Shown here: positions 11,126 through 24,401 of the stretch, one piece after another | Numbering within the stretch: the first letter of the stretch is position 1 | Layout of the letters: every line of letters begins with the position of its first letter | Assembly: GCF_001194135.2 (NCBI RefSeq) | Contig: NC_069000.1 | Coordinates: forward strand, 21,302,621 to 21,361,789 | Origin: Octopus bimaculoides | Lineage: Eukaryota | DNA: 59,169 bases | Direction: 5' to 3' | The notes under the pieces: generated by a model | The model's input: the letters and a program-made list of their open reading frames with translations, nothing else | Databases searched by the model: none | Told to the model about the DNA's origin: nothing | Translations under genes and position numbers: made by a program

Positions 11126-13392
11126 TGTCTACATATTATATCCATATGTATGTGTGTGTGTGTGTGTGCTTATAAATGCACAAAGTGGTGGTAAAGAGAG
11201 GGTCCTGGGACAGGGAGCTTGAATCAGAGAATTGGTGTTTGTCACTTGTGCTTCTTTCATTCTTTTCGTTTTTTTTTTTGTTTTTTTTTGTTACTTATAT
11301 GCATACCAGTATGATGGTGTGTCTCTTCTTCTGCCGAATATTTGGAGCTACATATTTTGATATAACCTTCAAGGACAAGAACCACAACACAGTTAATTAG
11401 AAAAAAATAAGCTCTCAGAAGCTCTCAGATAATCATGAATTAGGAGTAATCTTATAAACATTATTTTGAAAGTAAATTTCCTAAAAGAATTTCACACTTT
11501 ATCACTTTTTTTCTATTCTATTCTACTGTGTTCATGTTTGTATTTTGAAGGTGAATAACTAAAACTAGAAAGTTTAAGCATTTCTGATATTGTGAAATTA
11601 ATTTGACATTTTGTTAAGGTTTGTTGGCTTTTTTTAAGTGGAGTGAAGATGTCAAAATTTTTTTTAAAAATACCTTAAATTGAATTTACAATTTTATGTC
11701 TGTCTTTATCGACTTATTTTATTTTATTTACTTTTTTGTCTCTTGTTTAAATCACTGATATAGTGATATAGCATTGTGGTTTCTGTGTCATGAGGATGGA
11801 ATGAAATGATGTAGTTCTCTGACCTTGTTCCATTTCTATAGTTCACCTGCAATTCATTAGAATTAATCAATATTTCTTCTTTTTATTCATATTTTTATTA
11901 GAAAAAAGTTCCCTATTTCTATTTCATCTGAGGTCTGGATTCTACACTCGCAGCATAGACTGGATGGTTTGAAAGGATCTTCCAAGTTGGAGGTGCTGCA
12001 GCATACTCCATCTACTTTGGCATGCTTTCTATGGTTGGATGTTCTTAATGCCAACCACTTTACTTCCCTGACATGAAATTTTCAAATAATATGGTGTAAG
12101 AATTTCCATCATTCCTACTTATTGATATATTTTCAACAATGACATGAGAGTGGCACTTATTTTCAGAGAAACTCAATCACAACAAAACATTTATAACAAC
12201 ATCAAAACTCATTATCCTCAACCTATCAACTACATACTTTGATATCACAACTATTTGACAGATTTTTTTTAATTGTTTGATCTGAGGAAGAGCCAGAACT
12301 TGTCACCTTTACAGTTTCTCCAAGGCTAGTGACACTGAGATGGTTCATGACCCCCACTTGAACAGCTGCCGGATGACAGCTGGAGGAAAACACTGGAGTA
12401 GAAATAATTCCAGAGAACACGGATGTTTTGAATAAGGAAAGGCTTTCTGTTATTCTTTTGTGAATTTAAGTTTGTTTCCTTTTGGTAAATACACCAAAAG
12501 GAAACAAACTAATATAAACTATTAGAATACTGACAATATTTCACTGCTTGTCAGACACTTTTAAACATCTAAGAGCACTTCACTTAAGAAAATGATATAT
12601 AATTGACCAACGTGGATCTTTGTGACAAAAAGAAGAACTGCACTAGAGACAGTTGCCTTTCCATTACAGACTCAGTCTTTCATGTGAGAAGTGGTAGCTC
12701 TTTGTGGACCACTTACCTGACACTAAAGAGGAAATCTAGACATCAGCCCATTAACTTGGCGAACATGTGGAAGAATGTAGATGGCTATCACAAGCATCAA
12801 ACAAATCAATATTCAGGAAGCTAGCATCCAAATTTTCTTTGTATACTTGGAAACATCCAAAGATTTCCAGTGCAACAGACACATACACATGTGTCTATTC
12901 CATTTTCATCAGAGTTGGCTGAGATGATGTTTACACATTTTACATAACATAATTGAAACTGTTTTACATTCTATAACTGAAACTTGTTTATATATATATA
13001 TTTACAATATATAACTGGAGTAGACAGAACCTAATCCATTCTTGATTTCACATTACTCTGAAAAATACATCTATAACAATTGCAAAGCAATATTCCATCA
13101 CAAACTTCACTACGTGTCACTGGAACAATAAGCAAACACAATGTTATTCACCAAGTAAAGTTATTGCAGCAGCACTGTACAAGAATTAAACATTGATACA
13201 GCACAGTGTTTACTGATGAGCAACTGGTGCTTGAAACAAAGCTGAAACATTCATAAACAGGTTTTATACACACACACACGCACAACACACACATATACAT
13301 ATATATGTGTGTGTGTACATCTCCTTTGCCTAACCCATTACAACATGGAGGCTGGATACTAGAAGATGATACACACATTAGTCTCTTAAGTG

Positions 13393-13449
<57 letters not shown>

Positions 13450-14096
13450 GCAAACACATCATCAACATCATTTAATCTCTGACTTCCATGTTGGCATGGG
13501 TTGAATGGTCGACAGAGTCTGATGAGCCAAAGGACAGCATCATGCACACCAGTATCTTCCTTGGCATGGTTTCTACANNNNNNNNNNNNNNNNNNNNNNN
13601 NNNNNNNNNNNNNNNNNNNNNNNNNNNNNNNNNNNNNNNNNNNNNNNNNNNNNNNNNNNNNNNNNNNNNNNNNNNNNNNNNNNNNNNNNATTTCTTTTTT
13701 CTTTTGTTTTGAGGCACTAGCATTAATGATGAGATTGCCTGGTAGCTTGCGAGGCTAAGGTTCTAATGTGGTCCTACAACTGAGGGAAGAGAATAGAGAG
13801 AGTGGACAGTGGTCGTAGGCGGTGGGATAAAGAAATGGTAAATCAGGAGAGGGTGATTGTAACAGAATACAGGGAAATAATTAAAGACAGAACTGAGGAA
13901 AAAAGAGAGATAGAGTTGATAGGCTGAGTTGTGTAAGGAGGGAAGGATTGCTTAGTGGGTGAACATGGGTAGGTGTGAGGGAAAGGGGACAAGAAGGGAG
14001 AAATAGACTGGTGTGGAGAGGAATCCTGACAGAGTCATTAAAGGAAAGAGAAGATGGGAGGGGTATGCAGTAGGTCAAAGAGAGAAGATGGGTATA

Positions 14097-14300
14097 TCAT
14101 CATCACCATCATCATCATCATCATTTAACATCCCTATTCCACGCTGGCATGGGTTAGATGGTTTGACAGACTCCAACATGTCCAATGACTACATCCTGTT
14201 CCAGTGTCTGCTTTGGTATGGTTTCTATGGCTGGATACCCTTCCTAATGCCAACCACTTTATAGCATGAACTGGGTGTTTTTTCCTGCCTCCAACATGAG
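14097..14300 (-). mobile_element. RTE LINE 3' UTR fragment with (GAT)n tail
   Basis: catcatcat-ttaacatcc...gcatgggttagatgg...ggatacccttcctaatgcc matches the tail joined to RTE coding remnants at 31.4-31.7 kb and 37.5 kb. Confidence 0.75.
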
Positions 14301-17300
14301 GTTGCCATACAGCTTCCAGAACTACAAACTTTGAGGGAGGAGAGGATCAGTTTCATGCTAATGGGCAAAGGACTGAACTATGAGAAGTGGGAGCAGTGCA
14401 GATTCTTGTAGAGGACCTGCATGGCTACTCACATCTAGTAAGGGACAGGAAAAGAGAAAATAAACTGTAGGCACTCCAAGAGGTAATATCAATGAGGTAC
14501 CGTGATGGCTCCACAAGGCACAAAGTGAGTTGAAGAATCAGATTGTGAGATGCAGGTTTGCATGGGAAGGAGAATGAGGTGATGGGGAACAGGGGTGGGA
14601 GGCAGACTGCCAGAATGAGTAGGATGATAGGTGGATGAGTATGGAGCCATGAGTTAGGAAAGACAGATGGATGCAGAAAAGAGTGGGGGAACAAGTAGCA
14701 GGAGCAGTAAAGATGATACAATTGTTAGTGGGGAGAAGATAAAACCCAGTAGAACCTGTTGCATGGTAAGACCATCAGTGACTAAACTGCCAATCCCACC
14801 AAGCTCACCATGTTGGACACCCTATGGGATAAAAAACTAAACCCATCAAAGGGCAGAGGAACTCATGTGAATCAACAGCCATTCCAGTAGTGTGTCTACA
14901 TGCTTGTGCATATAGACACATTCAGCGCTGATGTCAATCAAAGAGATTGTGCCATACTACCTGACACATGCAGTATCAAAGAGATATAACTTTGCAACAA
15001 CAAAATGATAGTCACCTGGTTATATTGGAGAGGTCAAAATCCGCAACAATAAAACACACAGCCTACATAATCATTCAGCTATCTTATTTTGTCATGTCAT
15101 CAGATATCAGATTTTGGAGGAGGAGAAGAGGGTGTTATGCATGCCACACAAGCATGTAGCATTACCGTTGAAATGTTCAGATATCTCTTCAAGTCCCACA
15201 TGTGTAGGGTAAACGAGCTGGGAGCACATAGTCATGAATCTGCAAGTAGGCGACTCAAGACCAATGTAATACCACTGTATTATTGACAGAACGGCAGCAT
15301 GCTTTTGTGAGATGACAAGCAACTAAGCAACCCCTTCTAGGGTAGCACTGCTCACTCAGAAATCTCGGAAGGGTCCAGAAAAGATAACCCAAACAAATGC
15401 ATGTTTAACCATCAAGCTGGTCAGCAACCTCCAGCTGATGATTGTTCACTAAAATAAAGAAAACATGCAAATAAGAAATACAGATGAAGAGTGAGAATGT
15501 GGAATAGCAGGACACGTCTCCATCATGAAAGGATGATTAACCCTGAACAACAAACTGATGGCAAAAGAGTTGGCTTGGTACAATATTGACACAGAAAAGA
15601 ACTCCTATTATAGATGTTTAGAAGTAACAACAGTCAGAAGTTTAATCTCTGCAAAACATTTTATATTCCATTCATACCACAAGGAGGGGAATATCTGCTG
15701 AAGATGGAATAGTCTGGTACTATATGGATAGTATATATGCAGCATATACACATCTATTCTGAGAACAGCTCTAACAGATTTTCTGCACACCTTACTCCCT
15801 TATTTCTATGACACTCTATTCTAACAACCCTATTGTAACAACTTCCCAAGTATGCTTAAATATGAATATTCTGTGCACTAAACACACACATCTGTGACAT
15901 GCTAGATGATAGCATTACCAATTACACTGAGGTAGTTCTGCAATTCAATCAGTTAAATTAATACTTATAGTCATAATGACAAGATTATGGTTTCAATTCC
16001 TGGCCCAGGTGATGTGTCGCATTCTTGAACAAAACACTTCATTTCACATTGCCAAACCACTCAGCTGGCAAAAATGAATAATCCTGTGACAGACCAGCAT
16101 CCTGTTCAGGGGATGTGTGTGGAATATATGCACTACAGAATCCAAGAGACAGGCTTTATGAGTCTATGGCTCAGGAAGGACTTTTGACCATTTTCATATA
16201 TATATATATATATANNNNNNNNNNNNNNNNNNNNNNNNNNNNNNNNNNNNNNNNNNNNNNNNNNNNNNNNNNNNNNNNNNNNNNNNNNNNNNNNNNNNNN
16301 NNNNNNNNNNNNNNNNNNNNNNNNNNNNNNNNNNNNNNNNNNNNNNNNNNNNNNNNNNNNNNNNNNNNNNNNNNNNNNNNNNNNNNNNNNNNNNNNNNNN
16401 NNNNNNNNNNNNNNNNNNNNNNNAGTTATAACATGCGTTCACTCCATTCCTTAAATTTATATATATATATATATTTCAAGGTGAAAGATGAAATAATTCC
16501 ATTGATATGCAGACAATATTGTAGGTAAAGAAAAGAAGATTCTCATGAAATGATGGTGTATGCATGTATGATTGTATGGGGTTGTGTATGCATGCATGTG
16601 TATTATCATAAAAATGCCTATCTGTAGATAAGTGTACATTTAAATACTAATATTTGAAAATAGTTATCTGTGTAGACCATATACATGTATATAAACATAG
16701 TCACTAAAACCATTTTCTGAGTAGTTGCATACTGGTATAGAAATGGGTGGGGAGAAATAGTTTTTAAAAAATGTAAGGGAAAGAATATGGAATAAGATTT
16801 CTCCAAGTTTTCTGTCTCTTTCTGAAATAAAAATTCAATGAAGCATGAATATAAGTCACAATATCATTCAAATATGATTAGGCTTGACAGCTAGAAAAAC
16901 CAATAGAAAGAAAACTTTTTAAAAAAGAACAAACACACACACACAAAAAATAAAAACAGTATATTTGACATGTTATACCTGTTCATTCCACTCACTTACC
17001 ATGACCTTCAGAACAACATAGACTATAAATTAATTCATTTAGCATCAACATCAATAAATTTAACAGCAAACATTCAACAAAGAAAAATATGGAAAGAATA
17101 AGATTACGTTTTACATTTCCGGTAACAAATTTTCTTTTCATTAAATGTGGAAAGTTTAGTTGAGTTGTCACACCATACCAGTTACATCAACAGTATTCTA
17201 AATCCATTTCAGTCATTTACAGATTGATTTTGTACAGTTTGGGAGAGCCAGTCTTGGCACTCATCAAAAGCACAGGTATGAAAAATATGGTAACAGCTCC

Positions 17301-18027
17301 TTGTCACTGGCGGCCAGAAAGTGTCACATATGCTAATTATGCAAATCTTACTTAGCAGTAGGAGTGCAGGCTCTGCTTGGCAGGGAAAAGAATTATACTA
17401 AAGAACTCTTAGAAAAACTAAATTCCCTGAATGTGCTCTCATGAGTACAGATATAAGCTTGGATACCGGTGGATTGCATTATGAATATGTGTTAGAGCTT
17501 CCACCACCACAGTCTGAGGGTTTAGAATAGGGTTTGCCACACCCGACTTATTACATACACACACATATGCATACATGTACATGTCCACACATGATTTTAA
17601 GATTGACCATCACCCCATCCCCACTTCCTCTTCCCACATATATCAACCCCCACCTCACCTGCACCCCAACCCCACTCTACAGGCATTTACCTCATGCATG
17701 GTGATGACACAGCCTGATCCCTATCCAAGGGATATATCTCTAATGAATAACAAAAAATTCTCTCCAGGTTTTTCCCACTTATTTTTCATTCCAGTTTTTA
17801 ACAACACCCGCAAACCAGATATGACACTTTCTGGCCTTCAATTGTAAAGAGCTATAGCCATATGTTTCTTACCAGCCATTTTTATGTGTGCCAAACTCTC
17901 ATATATGAAACCAAATGGTAAAAATCGATGAAATGGATGTATAATACTGTATGGTATAAATATCTATATGCACACTCTATTGACATATATACAAGTGCTG
18001 TTTCTTCTATCTCATTGGTTCTTAGAC

Positions 18028-18070
<43 letters not shown>

Positions 18071-18265
18071 ATTTACTGCTATAAACAGTAATAGTGGAAT
18101 ATTGTGGAATAGATGTGTGATTCTTTGGATATTTGTGTCCAATCCAATTCCTGTAAAAACTTACCTGTGATAGAACCAATATTCTATTCAGGGAAAAAAA
18201 TTTTCTCATCTACAAAACCCTATAGAAAGGGGAAACTAACACTGACACCAAGGATCTTTGTCATT

Positions 18266-19159
18266 NNNNNNNNNNNNNNNNNNNNNNNNNNNNNNNNNNN
18301 NNNNNNNNNNNNNNNNNNNNNNNNNNNNNNNNNNNNNNNNNNNNNNNNNNNNNNNNNNNNNNNNNNNNNNNNNNNNNNNNNNNNNNNNNNNNNNNNNNNN
18401 NNNNNNNNNNNNNNNNNNNNNNNNNNNNNNNNNNNNNNNNNNNNNNNNNNNNNNNNNNNNNNNNNNNNNNNNNNNNNNNNNNNNNNNNNNNNNNNNNNNN
18501 NNNNNNNNNNNNNNNNNNNNNNNNNNNNNNNNNNNNNNNNNNNNNNNNNNNNNNNNNNNNNNNNNNNNNNNNNNNNNNNNNNNNNNNNNNNNNNNNNNNN
18601 NNNNNNNNNNNNNNNNNNNNNNNNNNNNNNNNNNNNNNNNNNNNNNNNNNNNNNNNNNNNNNNNNNNNNNNNNNNNNNNNNNNNNNNNNNNNNNNNNNNN
18701 NNNNNNNNNNNNNNNNNNNNNNNNNNNNNNNNNNNNNNNNNNNNNNNNNNNNNNNNNNNNNNNNNNNNNNNNNNNNNNNNNNNNNNNNNNNNNNNNNNNN
18801 NNNNNNNNNNNNNNNNNNNNNNNNNNNNNNNNNNNNNNNNNNNNNNNNNNNNNNNNNNNNNNNNNNNNNNNNNNNNNNNNNNNNNNNNNNNNNNNNNNNN
18901 NNNNNNNNNNNNNNNNNNNNNNNNNNNNNNNNNNNNNNNNNNNNNNNNNNNNNNNNNNNNNNNNNNNNNNNNNNNNNNNNNNNNNNNNNNNNNNNNNNNN
19001 NNNNNNNNNNNNNNNNNNNNNNNNNNNNNNNNNNNNNNNNNNNNNNNNNNNNNNNNNNNNNNNNNNNNNNNNNNNNNNNNNNNNNNNNNNNNNNNNNNNN
19101 NNNNNNNNNNNNNNNNNNNNNNNNNNNNNNNNNNNNNNNNNNNNNNNNNNNNNNNNNNN
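18266..19159. other. Assembly gap, 894 N
   Basis: Run of n. Confidence 1.
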
Positions 19160-19425
19160 CTTAAATTAAAAGAATTTGCCATAAAAATTTTAAAATTAAA
19201 AAAAAACATACTGCACATACTGTTTGATGAACAATTTCAGAAATTTATTTAACAAATTCTAAGTTCAACAGCAATATTTTAAGTTTTTTTTTCTTCATGT
19301 CCTGTACTTTTCCAGGCTTAATTACTGCTTGTTGTGTACTTTTCCAGGTTTAATACTTACAAACATTCTAGGATTCTACACCTGTATTTTTCATTCTAAT
19401 CTACTTTTTGTCCAAGCAATGCTTC

Positions 19426-19474
<49 letters not shown>

Positions 19475-19740
19475 TACATTTACCTTTATAATTGAAAAAA
19501 ATTATACTGTTGTAAATATTTTTTAAATACAGATTTTGTTCAAATTTAGGAATTTTATTTGCACCGAAAAATACCTGTTACAAGTAAATATATTTTAAAA
19601 CAATTTTTATTATAAGATAATGTTATATTTTAATTAAATAATTAACAATTAGTAATTTTAATGAGTGAATTTTTATATTTTAATATATTTTTAATATGTA
19701 CATGAACAGAATAAAAAAAATTAATATGAAATTGCAAAAA

Positions 19741-20530
19741 ATCATAACTTTTTTATGCTTAATATTTTTAGATGAGGTTTTTTTTAAGATATTTGTCTCA
19801 ATGAACTCTTTCATTTGAATTCAAATAATGTTATTTTTCTCTTAAAAAGAAAAAAATATTTTTATTTTTTAAAGTTATTACCTTTTCTGTTACTTAAAAC
19901 CACACAACTTTTTCTGCAGCTAATAGTTTTTGACAAGGTTTTTCACCAAAATATTCTTCTCATAGAACTCTTTCATCTGAAGTAAATCTTAAATACAGAA
20001 TAGCTGTGAAAACAACTTAGATGATTGGCTAGATACCCTTAGAAAATGGTAAAAAAGTGGCTAGCAAGCCACTACAGGGTATCAAATCCTCTCAAACTCT
20101 GGTTAAGTGCTTTGTACCACGAAGGTAAGATGCCTATAACATCAGATACTGCCTTTTATCATGCTAAATATCTTAAAATGACAAAAATATTTTGATTTGT
20201 TAAAATGACCACTATTTTTGCATCACTTAAAGCCACACCACTTTTTTTGTAGCTAATATTTTTTGATGAGGTTTTCACCATAAGATTCATTTCTATGAGA
20301 TGAATCTTATGTGTAGTTTTCTTTTACAATAGTTGAGACATTTTGATTCAAAGTCAATTTTGGGGGTTACCATTTTTTTCATCACTTAAAGTCATACTTT
20401 CCTCATAGCTAATATTCTTTAACAAGATTTTTCACCAAAGTATTGCTTTGAACAAGCACGTTCTTTTAATCCCAATTAATCTATATTTTTCTTTTAAAAT
20501 AACTAGATATTTTGATTCAAAATCAATTTT
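19741..20530. repeat. Degenerate repeat with about 160-bp period, at least four units
   Basis: The motif actt-tttt-tg(c/t)agctaata-tttt-ga(c/t)(a/g)aggtttttcaccaa recurs near 19745, 19905, 20240 and 20395. Confidence 0.7.
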
Positions 20531-21924
20531 CACCTTACTCTGACATATCTTGACCTAACTTTTTTCTAATGAACCAAATTTCAATTATTTCATCTCAAAA
20601 TGTAGCTGAAGACTGGGCCATCATTATTAAAAAAACTGCATTCAATTTGGTTGAGAACTGAATCAGTGATGAAGCCTAGAAGTACTCATGAGCAACTAAA
20701 AGTTGGCCTTAATATATTTATCTATTGCCATGAGTGAACAATAAGTTTGGCTTCAAACTCTGTTCTGCCTTCTTGTTGATAAATGGGAAAGGGTAAAAAA
20801 TATCATTACTTTAGGCATTTTTTTGAGAACCACTGCATTAGAGAACAATTAGAGAGTCAAATGTGAAGATTATAATAGAAAGCAACATCTATAGGAAAGA
20901 TAAAAGACTAGTAACTGAAGAATAAAGGGAAAAAAGATAGAAAATTGCATTAAGGGTCAAAAATGGAAAGGAAATAAAGAAACAATAAAGAGTCAGATAT
21001 TGGGAGTATAGAAAGTGGGGTATTATATAAGAGATTGATAAAGGATCAAATAACAAATGACTGTTCTAACAGGCAAAGGTTGTTAAATGAATGAGGCTGG
21101 CTAAACCAACCAGACAAAAGGATGTGGACAATTCTGTGATTCAAGTCAGGCAGAAAAATATTGAAGATGGTCTGTTACAACAGCAGCAGTAACAATAATA
21201 ATTTAACTATTAACAGACATGTGTGACATCTCTCAGATATATATAGTTTTATATAAAATTTCTGAAGAAGCACACACAAAAAAAAAAATTAATAGTGGAC
21301 TTTGTGAATATTAGCTTATCAACATTTTATGTTGCCATGACAAAGGAAAAAACCCAAAAGGACAAAATATATATACAAGTATGTATGTATGTCATTCAGT
21401 TTCATTTCGAGGTTTCTTGCCAATAGAGAAAGAGCCAGTTTCTAACCTAAATCCAAGGCTCCTTGGAATTTCAACATCAACAGGGGTGCATGTATGTATG
21501 TATGTATGTATGTATGTATGTATGTATGTATATGTTTTGTTTTACATATGTATTTTCATGCATATAGTTGCATGTCTAGACATATGCACATATACTTAAA
21601 TAATATGTATGTATGTGCTTCATATAGTGAACCTTGTAGTGACAGAGTGAAGTCTTAGCTTCACATTCATGTACAGTTAAATAAGAGAAATAAGAAACAA
21701 CCACTTCAAGTCTTCAGTACTCTCTACAGTGTATGCGTAAAGAAATATCACTCCTCACTCCTATACACAAACACACATGGGTATATAATTTTTCCAAAAT
21801 CTATTTATCTTCAATGCCTGACACCATCTCCTCTTCTCAGTTTACAGAAAGAAGAAGTAAGAAAAGGAAGAAAGAATAGAAGGAAAGAAGGAAGGAATGG
21901 CATTTATTAACCAACATTATTTAC

Positions 21925-22117
21925 CTTTGATTGTTTTCTTTTCACAAGCAGCACAACCATCAGAAATCATGTGGAAATCATTCTTGTCAATCACACTCTG
22001 CAGACATCTGTTGATGATTTTGGGGAAACCCTGCTGAGAGAGCATCATGTACTTCTCTCGAATGGTAAGCGCCTTGACTAAGCTCTTGGAAGCTTCTTCG
22101 AGGTCTTTCAGTGGGAT
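21925..22117 (-). CDS. AMPD2: AMP deaminase (AMPD2-like) internal coding exon, 193 nt, phase 0 in and phase 1 out
   Basis: Minus strand reads ttctcatgttAG|ATC CCA...ATC AAA G|GTaaat. It translates without stops as IPLKDLEEASKSLVKALTIREKYMMLSQQGFPKIINRCLQSVIDKNDFHMISDGCAACEKKTIK, which matches the recalled N-terminal AMPD motif (V/I)PxxDLxxAxKSxVxALxIREKYMxLSxQxF. Confidence 0.9.
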
Positions 22118-22237
22118 CTAACATGAGAAACAGAAAAAAGGGAAAGAGAGTGAAATTCAAATCATTAGATGCTAAGTTAATTTAAAACACAATGATTTCT
22201 CACATTGGTACAAGGAATTGCACATATTTATAAACTG

Positions 22238-22670
22238 TGCCGGATGGCACGTGTAAAGACATTCGAGCGAGATCATTGCCAGTGCCGCCGAACTGGCTCC
22301 AGTGCAGGTGGCACATAAAATACACCATTTTGAGCGTGGCCATTGCCAGTACCTCCTGACTGGCCTTCGTGCCAGTGGCACGTAAAAGCACCCACTACAC
22401 TCTCAGAGTGGTTGGCATTAGGAAGGGCATCCAGCTGTAGAAACTCTGCCAANNNNNNNNNNACCTCCTGACTGGCCTTCGTGCCAGTGGCACGTAAAAG
22501 CACCCACTACACTCTCAGAGTGGTTGGCATTAGGAAGGGCATCCAGCTGTAGAAACTCTGCCAAATCAGATTGGAGCCTGGTGTAGCCATCTGGTTTCAC
22601 CAGTCCTCAGTCAAATCATCCAACCCATGCTAGCATGGAAAGCGGACGTTAAACAACGATGATGATGATG
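22238..22670 (+). mobile_element. RTE LINE 3' UTR insertion with 26-bp TSD
   Basis: Ends aacgatgatgatgatg. It is flanked by aaggaattgcacatatttataaactg at 22212-22237 and 22671-22696. Confidence 0.85.
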
Positions 22671-23649
22671 AAGGAATTGCACATATTTATAAACTGCAGA
22701 TCTATCTAATTGGTTACTCAAACTGCTGTTAGAAATAACAGAATACCATTGTATACAAAAAATAGGAAGAATACTATCATCATCATCCTCATCATTTAAT
22801 ATCCGTCTTCCATGTTGGCATGGGTTAGATGGTTTGACAGGAGCTGGTAAGCTAGAAGACTGCACCAAGCTATAATTCTTAGATATGTGATGAGTGAAAG
22901 CAAATCATGGCTAGAATGCCTTTGATCATGTGCCTGTGCTACCTATGTCTAGGGTTAAACAAGGGTAATCTCTAAAATTTGCAAGATCTCTGCTAACAGA
23001 ATCTGACTTCAAATTCTAGTTGTAACAGGTTCTCTTTTTTCGTTGAAATACCATCTTGTATGGAGTGGCTGCACATTGTATAGATAATAACAATGCATTG
23101 TATGAAATGATCCCACAGTATATGAAATGGTCAAACATTATATGAACTAACATCATCATCGTCACCATTTATTAAAGTTTCATTGTTCTCTGCTTTCTGT
23201 GAAATAACTACACATTTGCATGAAATGATCACATATTATATGAAATATTTTAAAAGTTGAAACCATAAAAATCCGTAAGTGATGCAGTACGACTCCAATT
23301 TACTATAGCTGGAAGAATGAGGAGTGATATTGATATTATCAGCAATCAATGGTTGAAGGTTAAAAAAATGATGAAAGTTAAGAAAAAATTGTTTGATATC
23401 ATTAGCGACTCTGATAAAATCAACCAAGTGCCCACTCAACACCAATAAATGTCACTTTGACATTTATTGCTGGTTTTCAGAAATCATTATAGGAAATAAT
23501 TACACATTGTATCAACTTGCTACACAGTGCATGAAACGACTACAAAAAGTGAAACCACAGTCTATGAAATTATTACACATTGAAAATCTCCACAATTTGC
23601 TTGAAATTTAACCCTTTAGCATTCCAAATTGTCCAGGCAAATCAAAACC

Positions 23650-24100
23650 AAGCTGCTCATTGCAACTGTCAAATCAGTGTTACTGTATGGCAGTGAAACA
23701 TGGACACTGACAAAGAAATTATCAAACGGGCTAGATCACTGCTACACAAGGATGCTATAAGTGGATCTAAATGTGAAATGGCAACAACATATGACAAACA
23801 AATGCCTTTATGGGAGACTTGCTGAAAATTAGCAATAAGATCAGGCAAAGACAATTGTGATTATCTATCAATGTGTGTGCCAACATGTACTGGAAGCATC
23901 TAAATTAGTCTTGTGACACCCACTTCATGGTGATGTAAGAAGAGGAAAACATTGCCACACTTATATTAACAATTTGAGTGCAGACACTGGCCTGGAATGT
24001 ATCCAGGACCTTGAAGTAGTGATGTTGAACTGAGAAGTGTGGTAGGTGGACTTTGTTGCTGCAGCCCGGGTTGGAACCCAGCCATAGATAGATAGATAGA
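23650..24100 (+). mobile_element. RTE-X-like LINE C-terminal remnant with (ATAG)n tail
   Basis: Encodes KLLIATVKSVLLYGSETWTLTKKLSNGLDHCYTRML*VDLNVKWQQHMTNKCLYG, then degenerate ASKLV...PLHG and ADTGL motifs. Confidence 0.75.
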
Positions 24101-24102
24101 TC

Positions 24103-24303
24103 AGCATTTAGATTACTCTGTCAAATGTAATATTTATTTTCTCACATTATTTTGAATTAATCATGCATTATATCATAACTTCAAGATTTCAATGATGTAA
24201 TCGTCTATTTACAGGATAGGCGTGAGAGGCTGAATCTGGTTAGTTTGAACATAAAACAGATAAGATATTTGGGCTGGATATAATTGGTTTAAATGCTAAA
24301 GCA
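24103..24303 (+). mobile_element. piggyBac-type MITE, left end eroded
   Basis: Same body as 35329-35545; ends aatgctaaagca|TTAA. Confidence 0.75.
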
Positions 24304-24401
24304 TTAAATGAAGAAGAATATTTTCTACCTTTATAAAAAGTGATAAGATCTGTGAAGAGGCCATTCAACACCAATAAATGTCACAAATCCATTTTGTTTA
24401 A

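Noticed and set aside
12717-12880. Minus-strand CAG|GTAAGT donor with an upstream coding-like stretch
   Set aside because: All three frames contain stops across the stretch and no AMPD motif is present.
14425-15420. Possible LINE endonuclease remnant on the minus strand
   Set aside because: Only faint motif resemblance (VYPTHVGL, IVADFD), not enough to call.
17871-17955. Possible next AMPD exon (HPFHRF...IKMAG|gtaaga)
   Set aside because: The acceptor phase does not fit the phase-1 donor and similarity to AMPD is not convincing.
22351-22564. Apparent 102-bp direct repeat inside the RTE tail
   Set aside because: Identical copies sit either side of a 10-N gap, which indicates an unmerged contig overlap.
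23432-24384. About 22-bp direct repeat (cca(c/t)tcaacaccaataaatgtcac) at about 23432 and 24361 as a TSD
   Set aside because: It does not abut the ends of any identified element, so its origin is unresolved.
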